From Wolbachia endosymbiont strain TRS of Brugia malayi (GTDB lineage: Bacteria; Pseudomonadota; Alphaproteobacteria; Rickettsiales; Anaplasmataceae), in contig NC_006833.1 in the NCBI RefSeq assembly GCF_000008385.1, positions 300,001-332,000 on the forward strand: a stretch of 32,000 nt of DNA, written 5' to 3'. Below are positions 10,288 through 21,592 of the stretch, one piece after another. Position 1 is the stretch's first letter; each line of letters begins with the position of its first letter. The notes under the pieces are model-generated. The model worked only from the letters and a program-made list of their open reading frames with translations. It was not told where the DNA came from and made no database searches. The position numbers and the translations under genes are program-made.

Positions 10288-10641
10288 ATGAGTGAATATT
10301 TAGCTATAGCAATTTTTATCTGCGTATCAATTATACTATCTCTTGCTTTGGGTGTATTGCCTATGTTTCTTGCAATAAGCAAACCAGATAGTGAAAAACT
10401 TTCTACATATGAGTGCGGTTTTAACCCTTTATCAAGAGCAAGAAAAAATTTTGACATTAAGTTTTATTTAGTTTCAATATTATTTATGATATTTGACTTA
10501 GAAATTGCTTTTCTTTTTCCTTGGGCTATTTCTTTATCTAAAATAAGCTATTGTGGATTTTGGTCTATGATGGTATTTCTTGCAATACTTACTGTAGGCT
10601 TTATCTATGAGTGGTGTAAAGGTGCATTAGAATGGGAATAA
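10288..10641 (+). CDS. nuoA: NADH-quinone oxidoreductase subunit A
   Basis: [44 protein letters not shown], the NuoA signature. Directly upstream of nuoB. Confidence 0.96.
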   Translation: MSEYLAIAIFICVSIILSLALGVLPMFLAISKPDSEKLSTYECGFNPLSRARKNFDIKFYLVSILFMIFDLEIAFLFPWAISLSKISYCGFWSMMVFLAILTVGFIYEWCKGALEWE

Positions 10642-10645
10642 GTTT

Positions 10646-11152
10646 ATGATAGGTCAAGTTCTATCTAACGATGACTGGAATCGTTATAAGAAAGAAGGGT
10701 TTCTTGTTACTAAATTCGGTAGTTTAATAGATTATGTAATCAATTGGGCAAGATCTGGCTCATTATGGCCAATGACATTTGGTCTTGCATGTTGTGCAGT
10801 AGAAATGATGCACACTGCATCCAGTCGTTATGATCTTGATAGATATGGTATAATGTTTCGTGCGAGTCCAAGACAGGCGGATGTTATGATTGTTGCTGGT
10901 ACACTAACCAACAAAATGGCAGCAGCCTTGCGTAAGGTTTATGACCAAATGGCAGACCCCAAGTACGTTGTTTCTATGGGAAGTTGTGCAAATGGCGGTG
11001 GTTATTATCATTACTCCTACTCGGTAGTTCGTGGTTGTGATAGAATTGTACCAGTTGATATATATGTTCCTGGATGCCCGCCAACTGCAGAGGCATTGCT
11101 ATATGGAATGCTGTGCCTACAAAATAAAATAAAAAGAACTCAGAATATATAG
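10646..11152 (+). CDS. nuoB: NADH-quinone oxidoreductase subunit B
   Basis: [94 protein letters not shown]. Confidence 0.98.
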   Translation: MIGQVLSNDDWNRYKKEGFLVTKFGSLIDYVINWARSGSLWPMTFGLACCAVEMMHTASSRYDLDRYGIMFRASPRQADVMIVAGTLTNKMAAALRKVYDQMADPKYVVSMGSCANGGGYYHYSYSVVRGCDRIVPVDIYVPGCPPTAEALLYGMLCLQNKIKRTQNI

Positions 11153-11153
11153 T

Positions 11154-12679
<1,526 letters not shown>

Positions 12680-12693
12680 ACAAGTGAATGATT

Positions 12694-13482
12694 TTATAGG
12701 ATTTCTTTAAGCTTAAGTTTTGTAAACAGCCTGAAAAAGTTGTTTGTGGTTACTTCTGCTACCTTATCTGGTGATGCACTCCACAATTCCGCTAGACAAT
12801 CTACAACATATTTTACCATTGCTGGCTCGTTCTTTTTTCCTCTGTGAGGTTCAGGTGATAGATACGGTGCATCAGTTTCAACTAAAACACGCTCACGTGG
12901 TACATCTTGTGCAATTCTTCTGAGTAAGCTTGCATTTTTAAAAGTAATAATTCCAGAAAATGAAATGTATAACCCTAAATCTATAGATTGATGAGCAAGC
13001 TCCTTAGAGGAAGTAAAACAATGCATTACTCCATTAAAAGGGCCATTTTTCATTTCTGACTTTAGCATATCGATCACTTCACTGTCAACACCTCTAGTGT
13101 GGATGACTAAAGGCAACCCTGTTATTCTTGCTGCTTCTATGTGTGATGCAAAACTTTTTTTCTGATTGCTTTTATTATTAGATTTATAAAAATCTAACCC
13201 GGTTTCGCCTATACTAACTACCTTTTGATTCTTAATGAGTTCAACCAATTCATCAGCATGCATACACTTGCCGTTCTCTACAGAAGCATCAAGTGGGTGT
13301 ATACCAATAGAGGAATAGACTTGATTATAGGATGAAGCAATTTTCAATAATTTAGGAACATCATCAGCGTTTACGCATATGTTATGTAAAATTTTTACAC
13401 CATTTTGCTCTGCTCTTGAAATCACTTCCGGTATTTCATCATCAGAGAAATAAATCAAATGGCAATGAGAATCTACTATCAC
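12694..13482 (-). CDS. tatD: TatD family hydrolase (deoxyribonuclease)
   Basis: MIVDSHCHL, SIGIHPLD, VSIGETGLDFY, LPLVIHTR, GVMHCFTSS, LVETDAPYLSPEPHRGKKNEPA. Confidence 0.94.
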   Translation of the reverse strand: MIVDSHCHLIYFSDDEIPEVISRAEQNGVKILHNICVNADDVPKLLKIASSYNQVYSSIGIHPLDASVENGKCMHADELVELIKNQKVVSIGETGLDFYKSNNKSNQKKSFASHIEAARITGLPLVIHTRGVDSEVIDMLKSEMKNGPFNGVMHCFTSSKELAHQSIDLGLYISFSGIITFKNASLLRRIAQDVPRERVLVETDAPYLSPEPHRGKKNEPAMVKYVVDCLAELWSASPDKVAEVTTNNFFRLFTKLKLKEIL

Positions 13483-13498
13483 GAACTTATTGTAAATT

Positions 13499-13984
13499 TT
13501 ACTTAATAATAGAGACTTTGATTTGAGAAGAAAACTCTTCTATCACTGTTTTATAAACTTCCTTTTTAAATGGTATGGCACCTGCTACCAAATTATCTAC
13601 ACTCTGCCAACGCCACTCCTTGAATTCTGGATGATCAGTATAGTTGATATTAATATCCTTACCTTCTCCATAAAATTTCATTAAGAACCACCTTTGCTTT
13701 TGGCCAGAATATCTTCCATTCCAGCATGTTGGTATAACTTCCTCAGGTAAGTTATAATATATCCAATCCTTATTTTTAGCTATAATCTTTGCTTTATCAG
13801 TACCAACTTCCTCTAGCAATTCACGTAGTGCTGCTTGCTCTAGCTTTTCACCATCATCAATTCCCCCTTGTGGCATCTGCCAGTAAGAGTCGCTATCAAA
13901 GCGTTTTCCAATGAACACATGTCCTTGTTTGTTAAATAGCATTATGCCAACGCAAGGACGATATTTATCTTTCTGCTCAACCAC
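13499..13984 (-). CDS. rppH: RNA pyrophosphohydrolase (Nudix)
   Basis: Nudix box GGIDDGEKLEQAALRELLEEVG, with YRPCVGIMLFNKQGHVFIGKR and WRWQSVDNLV, typical of RppH/NudH. Confidence 0.93.
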   Translation of the reverse strand: MVEQKDKYRPCVGIMLFNKQGHVFIGKRFDSDSYWQMPQGGIDDGEKLEQAALRELLEEVGTDKAKIIAKNKDWIYYNLPEEVIPTCWNGRYSGQKQRWFLMKFYGEGKDININYTDHPEFKEWRWQSVDNLVAGAIPFKKEVYKTVIEEFSSQIKVSIIK

Positions 13985-14004
13985 GAGTACGTCCTGTTAT
14001 TAAT

Positions 14005-14553
14005 TATTTGTTACAGAAGCTTCAACTAATCTTTTTCTGTCTTTTATCTTGTTAGCGGTTCTTTTTGCAACTCCCTTTGTGCTTAATTCTAAGTTATTTA
14101 ATTTCAAAAGCGCCTTTAGGTACAAATAACCTTTTTCCTTTAATTTTCTTATAGCAAAATCCGGATTGGTAATTTCATTCTCCTGATACCTAATCTGATT
14201 GGATATGCTCCACTAGTTCTTTACTCTATTACAGTGTATTACCACAGGAAGAATTTTCAAACCCATTTTTTTACTTAAGTTTACTACTAAGTTGTATAAC
14301 TTTTGGTCGTGGGGATCACCATCTATCAATTCATTTGTAAATATGTAATGCTTTGATTTTATGTAATACTATTCTAGCATTGCTAACAATTTTCTCTGAC
14401 TGCAAAAATTTTTCCCGTAAGTCACCTGTAATTTCAGCGTTTCTTAATTTAACGATTTTGAGTATAATATTATTAAACAGGTTATTGCTTACTATAACCG
14501 CATCAATGATCTTACATAGTTCTTTCGCAGTAAGTAAGAATGAAAGTCTTGCT
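14005..14553 (-). pseudogene. Decayed protein-coding remnant, family not securely identified
   Basis: Minus-strand frames give linked fragments: LSFLLTAKELCKIIDAVIVSNNLFNNIILKIVKLRNAEITGDLREKFLQSEKIVSNARIVLHKIKALHIYK*, then (frameshift) NELIDGDPHDQKLYNLVVNLSKKMGLKILPVVIHCNRVKN*, then NEITNPDFAIRKLKEKGYLYLKALLKLNNLELSTKGVAKRTANKIKDRKRLVEA. Confidence 0.5.
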
Positions 14554-14729
14554 CACAATAAATAATGTATAGAGAAACTGTCTTTCATTATATATAATAA
14601 GGATATGTGCTGTACATGCTGTTACACTAAAAGTTCAAACTTCTTGCTTAGCAAATAGTTATATCGAAAATAGTTCATATTTAGAGATTTTGAGTGTATT
14701 ATTATAAATAAATTATATAATCTAGAATA

Positions 14730-15056
14730 ATGGCTAATGTATCCAGTGATACAGAATTGATAAAAAGCACAATTATGAGTATAATAGATCAAAATAAAGG
14801 TCGTGATATAGTCACTTTTGATGTGCAGAATAAAACCATTATTGCAAAATATATGATTATTGCATCTGGTGATTCAAGCCGACATGTGAAGGCATTAGCT
14901 GAACACGTAATGAAAAGTCTCAAGCAATATTATAAAATGGATGTGGAAGGTATGGATGAAGGTAATTGGGTGATTTTGAATTTTCAAGGCATAATGGTTC
15001 ACATATTCAGGCCAGAAGTAAGGGAGTATTATAAAATAGAAGAACTATGGAATTAA
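14730..15056 (+). CDS. rsfS: Ribosome silencing factor RsfS/Iojap
   Basis: NKGRDIVTFDVQNKTIIAKYMIIASGDSSRHVKALAEHV...GMDEGNWVILNFQGIMVHIFRPEVREYYKIEELW. Confidence 0.95.
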   Translation: MANVSSDTELIKSTIMSIIDQNKGRDIVTFDVQNKTIIAKYMIIASGDSSRHVKALAEHVMKSLKQYYKMDVEGMDEGNWVILNFQGIMVHIFRPEVREYYKIEELWN

Positions 15057-15114
15057 CTTTCTTCCACTTGTAAGATTTGTGGATTTAAATTACTTTAATT
15101 GATGAAAACAAGTC

Positions 15115-16365
15115 GTGAAACACAAGTCTGAATTTTTAAATTTCATTCAGGAAAGAGGATACCTATGTCAGTGTACAAACATTGAAGGGTTAGACCAACT
15201 ACTATTGCAGAATAACTACGTAGTTGCATATATTGGGTTTGATTGTACAGCATCAAGTCTTCATGTTGGTAGCTTAATCCAGATTATGATGCTTCGTCAC
15301 CTGCAGAAATTTGGTTATAAGCCAATAGTTTTACTTGGAGGTAGCACAACAAAGATTGGCGATCCATCTGGTAAAGACAAAGCAAGAAGTGTTTTGCCTA
15401 TTGAAGATATCAACCAAAATATATCTGGTATAAAAAAAGCACTTAAGAAAATGGTATACTTTAATGATGGAAAGGCTGGTGCAATTATAGTAAATAACGC
15501 AGATTGGCTAGATAGTATAAAATACATAGATTTTTTGCGTGATATAGGGGCGCATTTTTCTGTAAATCGCATGCTAAGTTTCGATAGTGCAAAAACTAGA
15601 CTTGATAGAGAACAAAATCTAAGCTTTCTGGAATTTAATTACATGCTATTGCAGGCTTACGATTTTGCTGAATTGAACAAAAAGTATGGCTGCCGTTTGC
15701 AGATAGGAGGATCGGACCAGTGGGGAAATATAGTAAACGGAATTGAACTTGGCAAAAAGTTGAATTTACCCGAGTTGTTTGGTCTTACTACGCCTCTTTT
15801 GTTGAGTGCTCAAGGAAAAAAAATGGGCAAAACTGAAAGTGGAACTGTGTGGCTTGATGGTGATATGCTAAAGCCTTATGACTACTGGCAGTACTTTCGC
15901 AATATCGATGACCAAGACATTGGGCGTTTTTTGAGATTTTTCACTGATTTGCCAATTGATGAAATTAAAAAACTGGAATCTTTAAAGAATCAAGAAATAA
16001 ACGAAGCAAAAAAAGCTTTGGCAACAGAGGTAACAAAAATATGTCATGGTGATAAAGAAGCAGAACTTGCACAATCTTCTGCAGTCTCCGTTTTTGAAAA
16101 TGGAGACAGCTCACTACTTCCTGATTACACTATAACAAAAAAACAAGTTGCAAATGGTATATCCTTAATAGACCTACTGCACGATATAGGTCTTGAACCT
16201 TCAAAAGGCGCTGCAAAGCGTTTAATACAGGGCAATGGATGCAAAGTTAATGATTATACTATAAATGATATCAATTACATAATAAATTCTAAAAGCTTTA
16301 AAGATCAGTCATTTATAAAACTGTCTGCAGGGAAAAAACGCCACATAAAAGTTATGGTGAGTTAG
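15115..16365 (+). CDS. tyrS: Tyrosyl-tRNA synthetase
   Basis: AYIGFDCTASSLHVGSLIQIMMLRHLQKFGYKPIVLLGG, QIGGSDQWGNIVNGIEL, LLLSAQGKKMGKTESG, with a C-terminal S4-like domain ending IKLSAGKKRHIKVMVS. Confidence 0.97.
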   Translation: MKHKSEFLNFIQERGYLCQCTNIEGLDQLLLQNNYVVAYIGFDCTASSLHVGSLIQIMMLRHLQKFGYKPIVLLGGSTTKIGDPSGKDKARSVLPIEDINQNISGIKKALKKMVYFNDGKAGAIIVNNADWLDSIKYIDFLRDIGAHFSVNRMLSFDSAKTRLDREQNLSFLEFNYMLLQAYDFAELNKKYGCRLQIGGSDQWGNIVNGIELGKKLNLPELFGLTTPLLLSAQGKKMGKTESGTVWLDGDMLKPYDYWQYFRNIDDQDIGRFLRFFTDLPIDEIKKLESLKNQEINEAKKALATEVTKICHGDKEAELAQSSAVSVFENGDSSLLPDYTITKKQVANGISLIDLLHDIGLEPSKGAAKRLIQGNGCKVNDYTINDINYIINSKSFKDQSFIKLSAGKKRHIKVMVS

Positions 16366-16433
16366 CTTTTGAAGCGAGAAGGCAAATTTCATACAAATGA
16401 GCAATTATGATGTTAATGACTTAAATTCAATAT

Positions 16434-16954
16434 ATTTATCTCATCATAAGCCTATATCAAATCTCTTTTTAACTTTGGATATTACTACCTTTTGCAAGGC
16501 ACTAGAATATGCACATGAATTACCTTAGGGACGTAATCTTGATCGTAGTGATTATCTATCAGTACTCAATGAAAAACGAGAAATGTGTGGTATAAAACAT
16601 GCACTGATTTATAAGTTAAGCCACGGGATGAGACCAATATTACACTGCACATGGCAGTTTTTATGATGAGCAAAATAAACATTCCAAAAATTTCTGCAGT
16701 TCTAAATGAGTATAACTTGTCACACATTCCAGAAATGGATTGCTATTTTTATTATAGTAGGTCAAATTATTGATATAATTTGTCTAGAAAACAGCGCATT
16801 ATTAGAACTGGTAGAGGAAGAGAGAATTAAGCCTAGATACCTTGGGAATTATAAAATAGAAAAGCACAAACAATCTATTGAGGACTGGCTGATTAACAAC
16901 CCAAGCAACCCTACAGTATGGAACAAATTTTCAAAATTTGAGAACTATGCATAA
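16434..16954 (+). pseudogene. Conserved-hypothetical pseudogene, possibly a transglutaminase-like/cysteine-peptidase-like protein
   Basis: Frame-shifted pieces read LDITTFCKALEYAHELP*GRNLDRSDYLSVLNEKREMCGIKHALIYKLSHG..., FMMSKINIPKISAVLNEYNLSHIPEMDCYFYYS, then LENSALLELVEEERIKPRYLGNYKIEKHKQSIEDWLINNPSNPTVWNKF. Confidence 0.5.
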
Positions 16955-17897
16955 AACAACTGGAAAGATAGTAGAAAGCGAAATCCTATTATATACAACT
17001 CCAGATGGAGATATAAAATCAACCTTTTGTACCAGGATGAGAGCATTCAGCTCACGCAAAAAAAATAGCAGAGTTGTTTCCATTTTGGAAATAACTGCTT
17101 CTGATTGTAAGAAGTATCCTACACAATTTTATAACCTAGATGCAATTTTAGCTGTTGGTTATAGAGTAAGTTCTCAAAAGGCAACCGCATTTAGGGTGTG
17201 GGCACAAAATTCTAAAGGAGTTCATCATCAAATGGTTTGCATTGGATAACAAACGACTGAAGTATGGTGACAAATTTGATGAAAATTATTTCCGATAAGT
17301 TGCTCGAAAAGATCAGAGAAATACAAACTTCAGAACGTAGATTCTATCAAAAATTACAGATATTTATGTTGAATGCTCTGCTGATTATGATCCAACTTCA
17401 GAAGTAACAAAACAGTTTTGTTCAAAAGTGCAAAATAAATTATATTAGACAGTTCACAGGTTAACTGCAGGAGAGTTGATACGTTCCAGAGTTAGTCACA
17501 AAAGACCATTCATGGGTCTTACTACATGGAGAAATATCCAGGTGGCGAGATTTTAAAGAGTGACGCAAACATTGCAAAAAGTTATTTGACTGAAGCAGAA
17601 TTAAGTAAATTAAATCATATTGTTTCAATATATTTGGACTATGCTGAGCTCCAGGTGAGAAGACAGCGCTTAGTGTGAATGCAAGATTGGATTGCCAAGT
17701 TAAACTTATTTTTGCTATTTAATGATTATAAGTTGCTTGAAGATGCTAAAAGAGTTGGTGCTGAAGTTGCTAAGTTCTTGCTGAAGAAGAGTTTACAAAA
17801 GTACCGGATTATTCAAGATCAGCTGTATAAGTCTGACTTTGATAAACTAATTAAAGCAAGCAAAAACGGAACTGATAACAAGATGAAAGGACGATAA
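16938..17897 (+). pseudogene. RhuM-family (virulence RhuM-like) pseudogene
   Basis: N-terminus GKIVESEILLYTTPDGDIKS...VVSILEITASDCKKYPTQFYNLDAILAVGYRVSSQKATAFRVWA. In shifted frames IIKWFALDNKRLKYGDKFDENYF...LLEKIREIQTSERRFYQK, GEILKSDANIAKSYLTEAELSKLNHIVSIYLDYAELQVRRQ, ending MQDWIAKLNLFLLFNDYKLLEDAKRVGAEVAK. Domain order is RhuM-like. Confidence 0.85.
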
Positions 17898-17915
17898 ATT
17901 CAGATGTGCAGCACT

Positions 17916-17980
17916 ATAAAATTATCTACAGGAAAAAAACGTTGTATTAGGGTTGTAAAGGGTTTACTTTTGAAATAAGA
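17916..17980 (+). repeat. Possible diverged copy of the tyrS 3' end
   Basis: ataaaattatctacaggaaaaaaacg...cttttgaa aligns with ataaaactgtctgcagggaaaaaacg...cttttgaa at 16315-16379 (hand alignment about two-thirds identical). Translates to IKLSTGKKRCIRVVKG versus the tyrS IKLSAGKKRHIKVMVS. Confidence 0.45.
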
Positions 17981-18000
17981 AAAAGGATTTTATCGGTAAA

Positions 18001-18390
18001 CCTTATTTCTCTAGAGAGGAATTTTACTTTAATCACAAAATGGTACATATTGTATCTGTTAGCAATTTTGACGTTAAGTTAAAAGTTGTTGGCTCAGGAG
18101 TATATAAAGTAACACTAAGGCATGATGGCAACTCTCTTGATGGAGAATGTTTTTGTCCAGCATTCGATTTTGGCCCATGCAAGCACATAGCTGCAACAGA
18201 CTTCGCTTTGATTCAATATAATTATTAACGAGGATATAAAGCATCCAGAAGATGCATTGATCGTATTAATAGCAAGATCACTTCGAAAAGTTGCTACTAA
18301 AAAGGCAAAGGAGAAACTTATTGAGATGATCCTAAATTTGAGTGTTTATTATCTAGAAATTGTTAGTGAATTGGAGTATAAGGAATATGA
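18001..18390 (+). pseudogene. Remnant of a SWIM zinc-finger domain protein
   Basis: VYKVTLRHDGNSLDGECFCPAFDFGPCKHIAATDFAL contains a SWIM CxC...CxH pattern. After the stop, a shifted frame continues INEDIKHPEDALIVLIARSLRKVATKKAKEKLIEMILNLSVYYLEIVSELEYKEYE*. Confidence 0.65.
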
Positions 18391-18459
18391 GTAAATTTAA
18401 TCTCTATGATCCTAACACTTGACCTGTGATCCAGGAATTTTTAAACTGAACTCTATACA

Positions 18460-19059
18460 GTGCTAAAAATGATAGGAAATTTAAGCGGGACAGTAGATGA
18501 AGTTTACGGCGATCACATAATCCTGAATGTAAATGATGTTGGCTATATAATATACCTTTCAGCCAAAGCTTTAAATGTATGTTATATAGGAAGTAAAATC
18601 AAGTTACTTATCGAAACTTGTGCAAACAACAGAGAAAACACCACGCAGCTATATGGTTTTATAAATAAGGAAGAACAATCATGCTTGCGTTTGCTTGTTA
18701 AGGTGAGCGGCGTTAGCTATAAAACTGCAATGTCGATCCTGAGCAAATTAACCCCAGAACAGCTATTTTTAGCAATTATGAATGAAGATAAAATAGCACT
18801 CAAGATAAGCGGGCTTGGTCCAAAACTCATAAATCGAATTATCACTGAATTGAGTGGCAAAGTGAGCAAATTAGAAACAAATAACAACAATTTCTATCCA
18901 ATTAACGAGGATGCCGTTTCAGCATTGATCAATCTTGGATATGAAAAAACGAAAGTTTATGATACCATAAAAAAGTACAAACCGAATCTGGATACTAAGG
19001 ATATTATTCGCACAGCGCTTAAGGAGCTTTCAAATTATGAGATCGATATCATGCAGTAA
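18460..19059 (+). CDS. ruvA: Holliday junction branch migration protein RuvA
   Basis: [77 protein letters not shown]. Overlaps ruvB. Confidence 0.96.
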   Translation: MLKMIGNLSGTVDEVYGDHIILNVNDVGYIIYLSAKALNVCYIGSKIKLLIETCANNRENTTQLYGFINKEEQSCLRLLVKVSGVSYKTAMSILSKLTPEQLFLAIMNEDKIALKISGLGPKLINRIITELSGKVSKLETNNNNFYPINEDAVSALINLGYEKTKVYDTIKKYKPNLDTKDIIRTALKELSNYEIDIMQ

Positions 19060-20017
19060 AGAATATGCTGAAGATGTACGTAATTTAAACATTAGACCTG
19101 AGCAACTTGATGATTTTTTCGGGCAAAAAGACTTAATACAAAATCTAAAAGTGTTTATAAACGCTGCGAAGACGAGAACTGAAGCTTTAGATCATGTTTT
19201 ACTGCATGGTCCTCCAGGACTTGGCAAAACAACTTTAGCGCAAATTATCTCTAAAGAGTTAAGGGTTAGCTTCCGCGCAACTTCTGGTCCACTATTAAAT
19301 AAAGCTGGAGATTTAGCTGCAGTGCTCACTACTTTAAATGCAAAAGATGTCTTATTCATTGACGAAATCCACAGATTAAATCGCAGCATTGAAGAAGTTT
19401 TATATACTGCTATGGAAGATTTTTGCCTAGACCTATTAGTAGGTGAAGGTCCATCTACCCGTACTTTAAGGATAGATCTACCACCATTTACGTTGGTCGG
19501 TGCAACAACACGACTTGGACTACTTTCTGCACCGCTGAGGGATCGTTTTGGTATTCCTTTGCGTCTTGAGTTTTATTCTTTTGAGGAGCTGGTTGACATT
19601 ATAAAGAGAGGTACAAAAGTTTTTTCTGCAGAAATCGAAGAGGATGCCATACAGGAAATTGCCTGCCGTGCACGTGGCACTCCAAGAATTGCTTTGAGGT
19701 TGCTTAGAAGAATAAGGGACTTTGTTGAAGTGAAAGATAATAAAAAAATTACTCACAAAATTGCTGACTCTGCGCTGTCAAAATTGGGCATAGATAAAAT
19801 GGGATTAAATAAATTAGATGTGGACTATCTAAGATTTTTATTCAATACTTCAGGATCTGTTGGAATTGATACCATATCTATTGCGCTATCTGAGGACTCT
19901 GGCAATATTGAGGAAACAGTAGAACCTTATTTAGTCAAAATTAGCTTTGTAAAGCGCACACCAAGAGGACGTGTTTTAACTGATCAGGGGAAAGAATATT
20001 TGAGCCTTCAATATTAA
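19037..20017 (+). CDS. ruvB: Holliday junction DNA helicase RuvB
   Basis: [86 protein letters not shown]. Confidence 0.98.
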   Translation: MRSISCSKEYAEDVRNLNIRPEQLDDFFGQKDLIQNLKVFINAAKTRTEALDHVLLHGPPGLGKTTLAQIISKELRVSFRATSGPLLNKAGDLAAVLTTLNAKDVLFIDEIHRLNRSIEEVLYTAMEDFCLDLLVGEGPSTRTLRIDLPPFTLVGATTRLGLLSAPLRDRFGIPLRLEFYSFEELVDIIKRGTKVFSAEIEEDAIQEIACRARGTPRIALRLLRRIRDFVEVKDNKKITHKIADSALSKLGIDKMGLNKLDVDYLRFLFNTSGSVGIDTISIALSEDSGNIEETVEPYLVKISFVKRTPRGRVLTDQGKEYLSLQY

Positions 20018-20103
20018 ATAACTTTTCTACCATAATTAAGTGTTGACTAATTGATATAGTAATTATATGCTGGTGTCATGTGTTAACAATAATGGAGGCA
20101 TAT

Positions 20104-21000
20104 ATGTTAGCTAGTAATAGTACTGAAACTATATTAGTTGCTGATCAAAATATTTACAACAGCTCTGCTAGTAATAATCCAGCTTTGAATACTCAAGACT
20201 TATCTGGGTCAACACCGGATAAAGACAAATATGTTACTCTTAATAGTAAGGAAGAATGGGATAAGTTCTTTAAATTACAAAACAACCCTTCTACTAATAT
20301 TACTAATAAAGTAAGAACAAAACCTCATGTTCGTAAGAATAGTAATGGTATGTATAGATATACTGCTGAGGAGAACAAGTACAATGGTAAGGAGATTATA
20401 GGCAAAGTTGCTGAACAAATTAAAGAAGAGATATCTCAAAAAATAAAAAGTGATACCATGAAACTTGTAAAGCTCAAAGAAAGTAAAAATGAAGATAATA
20501 GTGTTAAGCCTGCTATAAGAATAGTGCTGAATGATAATGTAAAAGAAATAAACATGGCAGATCTTCTAAGTGGTAGTGTATGCAAAGAATATAACGTAAA
20601 AGCAATTACATTTTGCTTTCCTGATAAAAGTAATACAAGAGGAATTCGTTGTCGGATCGATGAACATGGGACAAGGATTTATGAAGTGGCTAATGGGTCA
20701 TATGAGATGGATTTGAGATGGTATTGTGAAGGCAAGGAATGTAAAATTAAGATCCTCATGAAAGATGACGGCTCTATAAGACTTATCGAGGATAATGGAA
20801 TAACTGAAGAGCAGTTAAAAGCGCATAAAGAGATAAGGGTAGGAAGACAATATGAGGCAAAATCTTTACACGAAGCGTTAGCACTACAATTGCCACAGTT
20901 ACAACAAAAATGTTCTGAAACAACAGAAATTTTGTCGCGACTGGCAGATGTGAGCACATCGCAAGCACAACAAGTTCTCTCTGCTCAAGTAAGTAAGTAA
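20104..21000 (+). CDS. Uncharacterised protein, about 298 aa, no family recognised
   Basis: Single long ORF; the tool start is a GTG at 20080, but ATG at 20104 preceded by aatggaggcatat (SD-like) is more likely. Asn/Ser-rich N-terminus. Confidence 0.8.
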   Translation: MLASNSTETILVADQNIYNSSASNNPALNTQDLSGSTPDKDKYVTLNSKEEWDKFFKLQNNPSTNITNKVRTKPHVRKNSNGMYRYTAEENKYNGKEIIGKVAEQIKEEISQKIKSDTMKLVKLKESKNEDNSVKPAIRIVLNDNVKEINMADLLSGSVCKEYNVKAITFCFPDKSNTRGIRCRIDEHGTRIYEVANGSYEMDLRWYCEGKECKIKILMKDDGSIRLIEDNGITEEQLKAHKEIRVGRQYEAKSLHEALALQLPQLQQKCSETTEILSRLADVSTSQAQQVLSAQVSK

Positions 21001-21056
21001 GAAAAAGCAAAAATAGTATAAGTTGCTTGTAGATGCAAGTGACTTATACTTTTATA

Positions 21057-21566
21057 ATGAACAATGAAATACTACCAAGAAACTTCTACGAACGGCCAAC
21101 TTTGGTTGTAGCTGGGGAGTTGTTAGGAAAAATACTAAAATTTTCCAATTTCAGTGGAGTGATAACTGAAGTTGAAGCATATATAGGAATGGATGACCCA
21201 GCTTGTCATGCAGCACGAGGTTATACTGATCGAACCTCAGTAATGTTTGGTATACCGGGGTTTTCATATGTGTACTTTATATATGGGATGTACTATTGCT
21301 TAAACATTGTAACAGAAACAGAAGGGTTCCCAGCAGCAGTTCTAATACGAGGGTTAAAGCTTATTGAACCGCTTAAAGCAAATTTAAGCGGGCCGGGAAT
21401 ATTGTGCAAAAGATTGAATATTACAAGAGAACATAACAAACTAGATCTCACTATAAGCCACGAGTTTTGTGTTTACGAATCCCACATCAACCTGGATTAT
21501 GTTTGCACTCCAAGAATTGGGATCAGTAAAGGCAAAGAAAAGTTTTGGCGGTTTAAAATTTTCTAA
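21057..21566 (+). CDS. mpg: 3-methyladenine DNA glycosylase (Mpg/AAG family)
   Basis: [90 protein letters not shown]. Confidence 0.94.
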   Translation: MNNEILPRNFYERPTLVVAGELLGKILKFSNFSGVITEVEAYIGMDDPACHAARGYTDRTSVMFGIPGFSYVYFIYGMYYCLNIVTETEGFPAAVLIRGLKLIEPLKANLSGPGILCKRLNITREHNKLDLTISHEFCVYESHINLDYVCTPRIGISKGKEKFWRFKIF

Positions 21567-21592
21567 ACCAAGTTCCAGTGACCTTGCTTAGA

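Noticed and set aside
14353-14565. 70 aa + strand ORF
   Set aside because: Lies antisense to the more convincing decayed minus-strand gene at 14005-14553.
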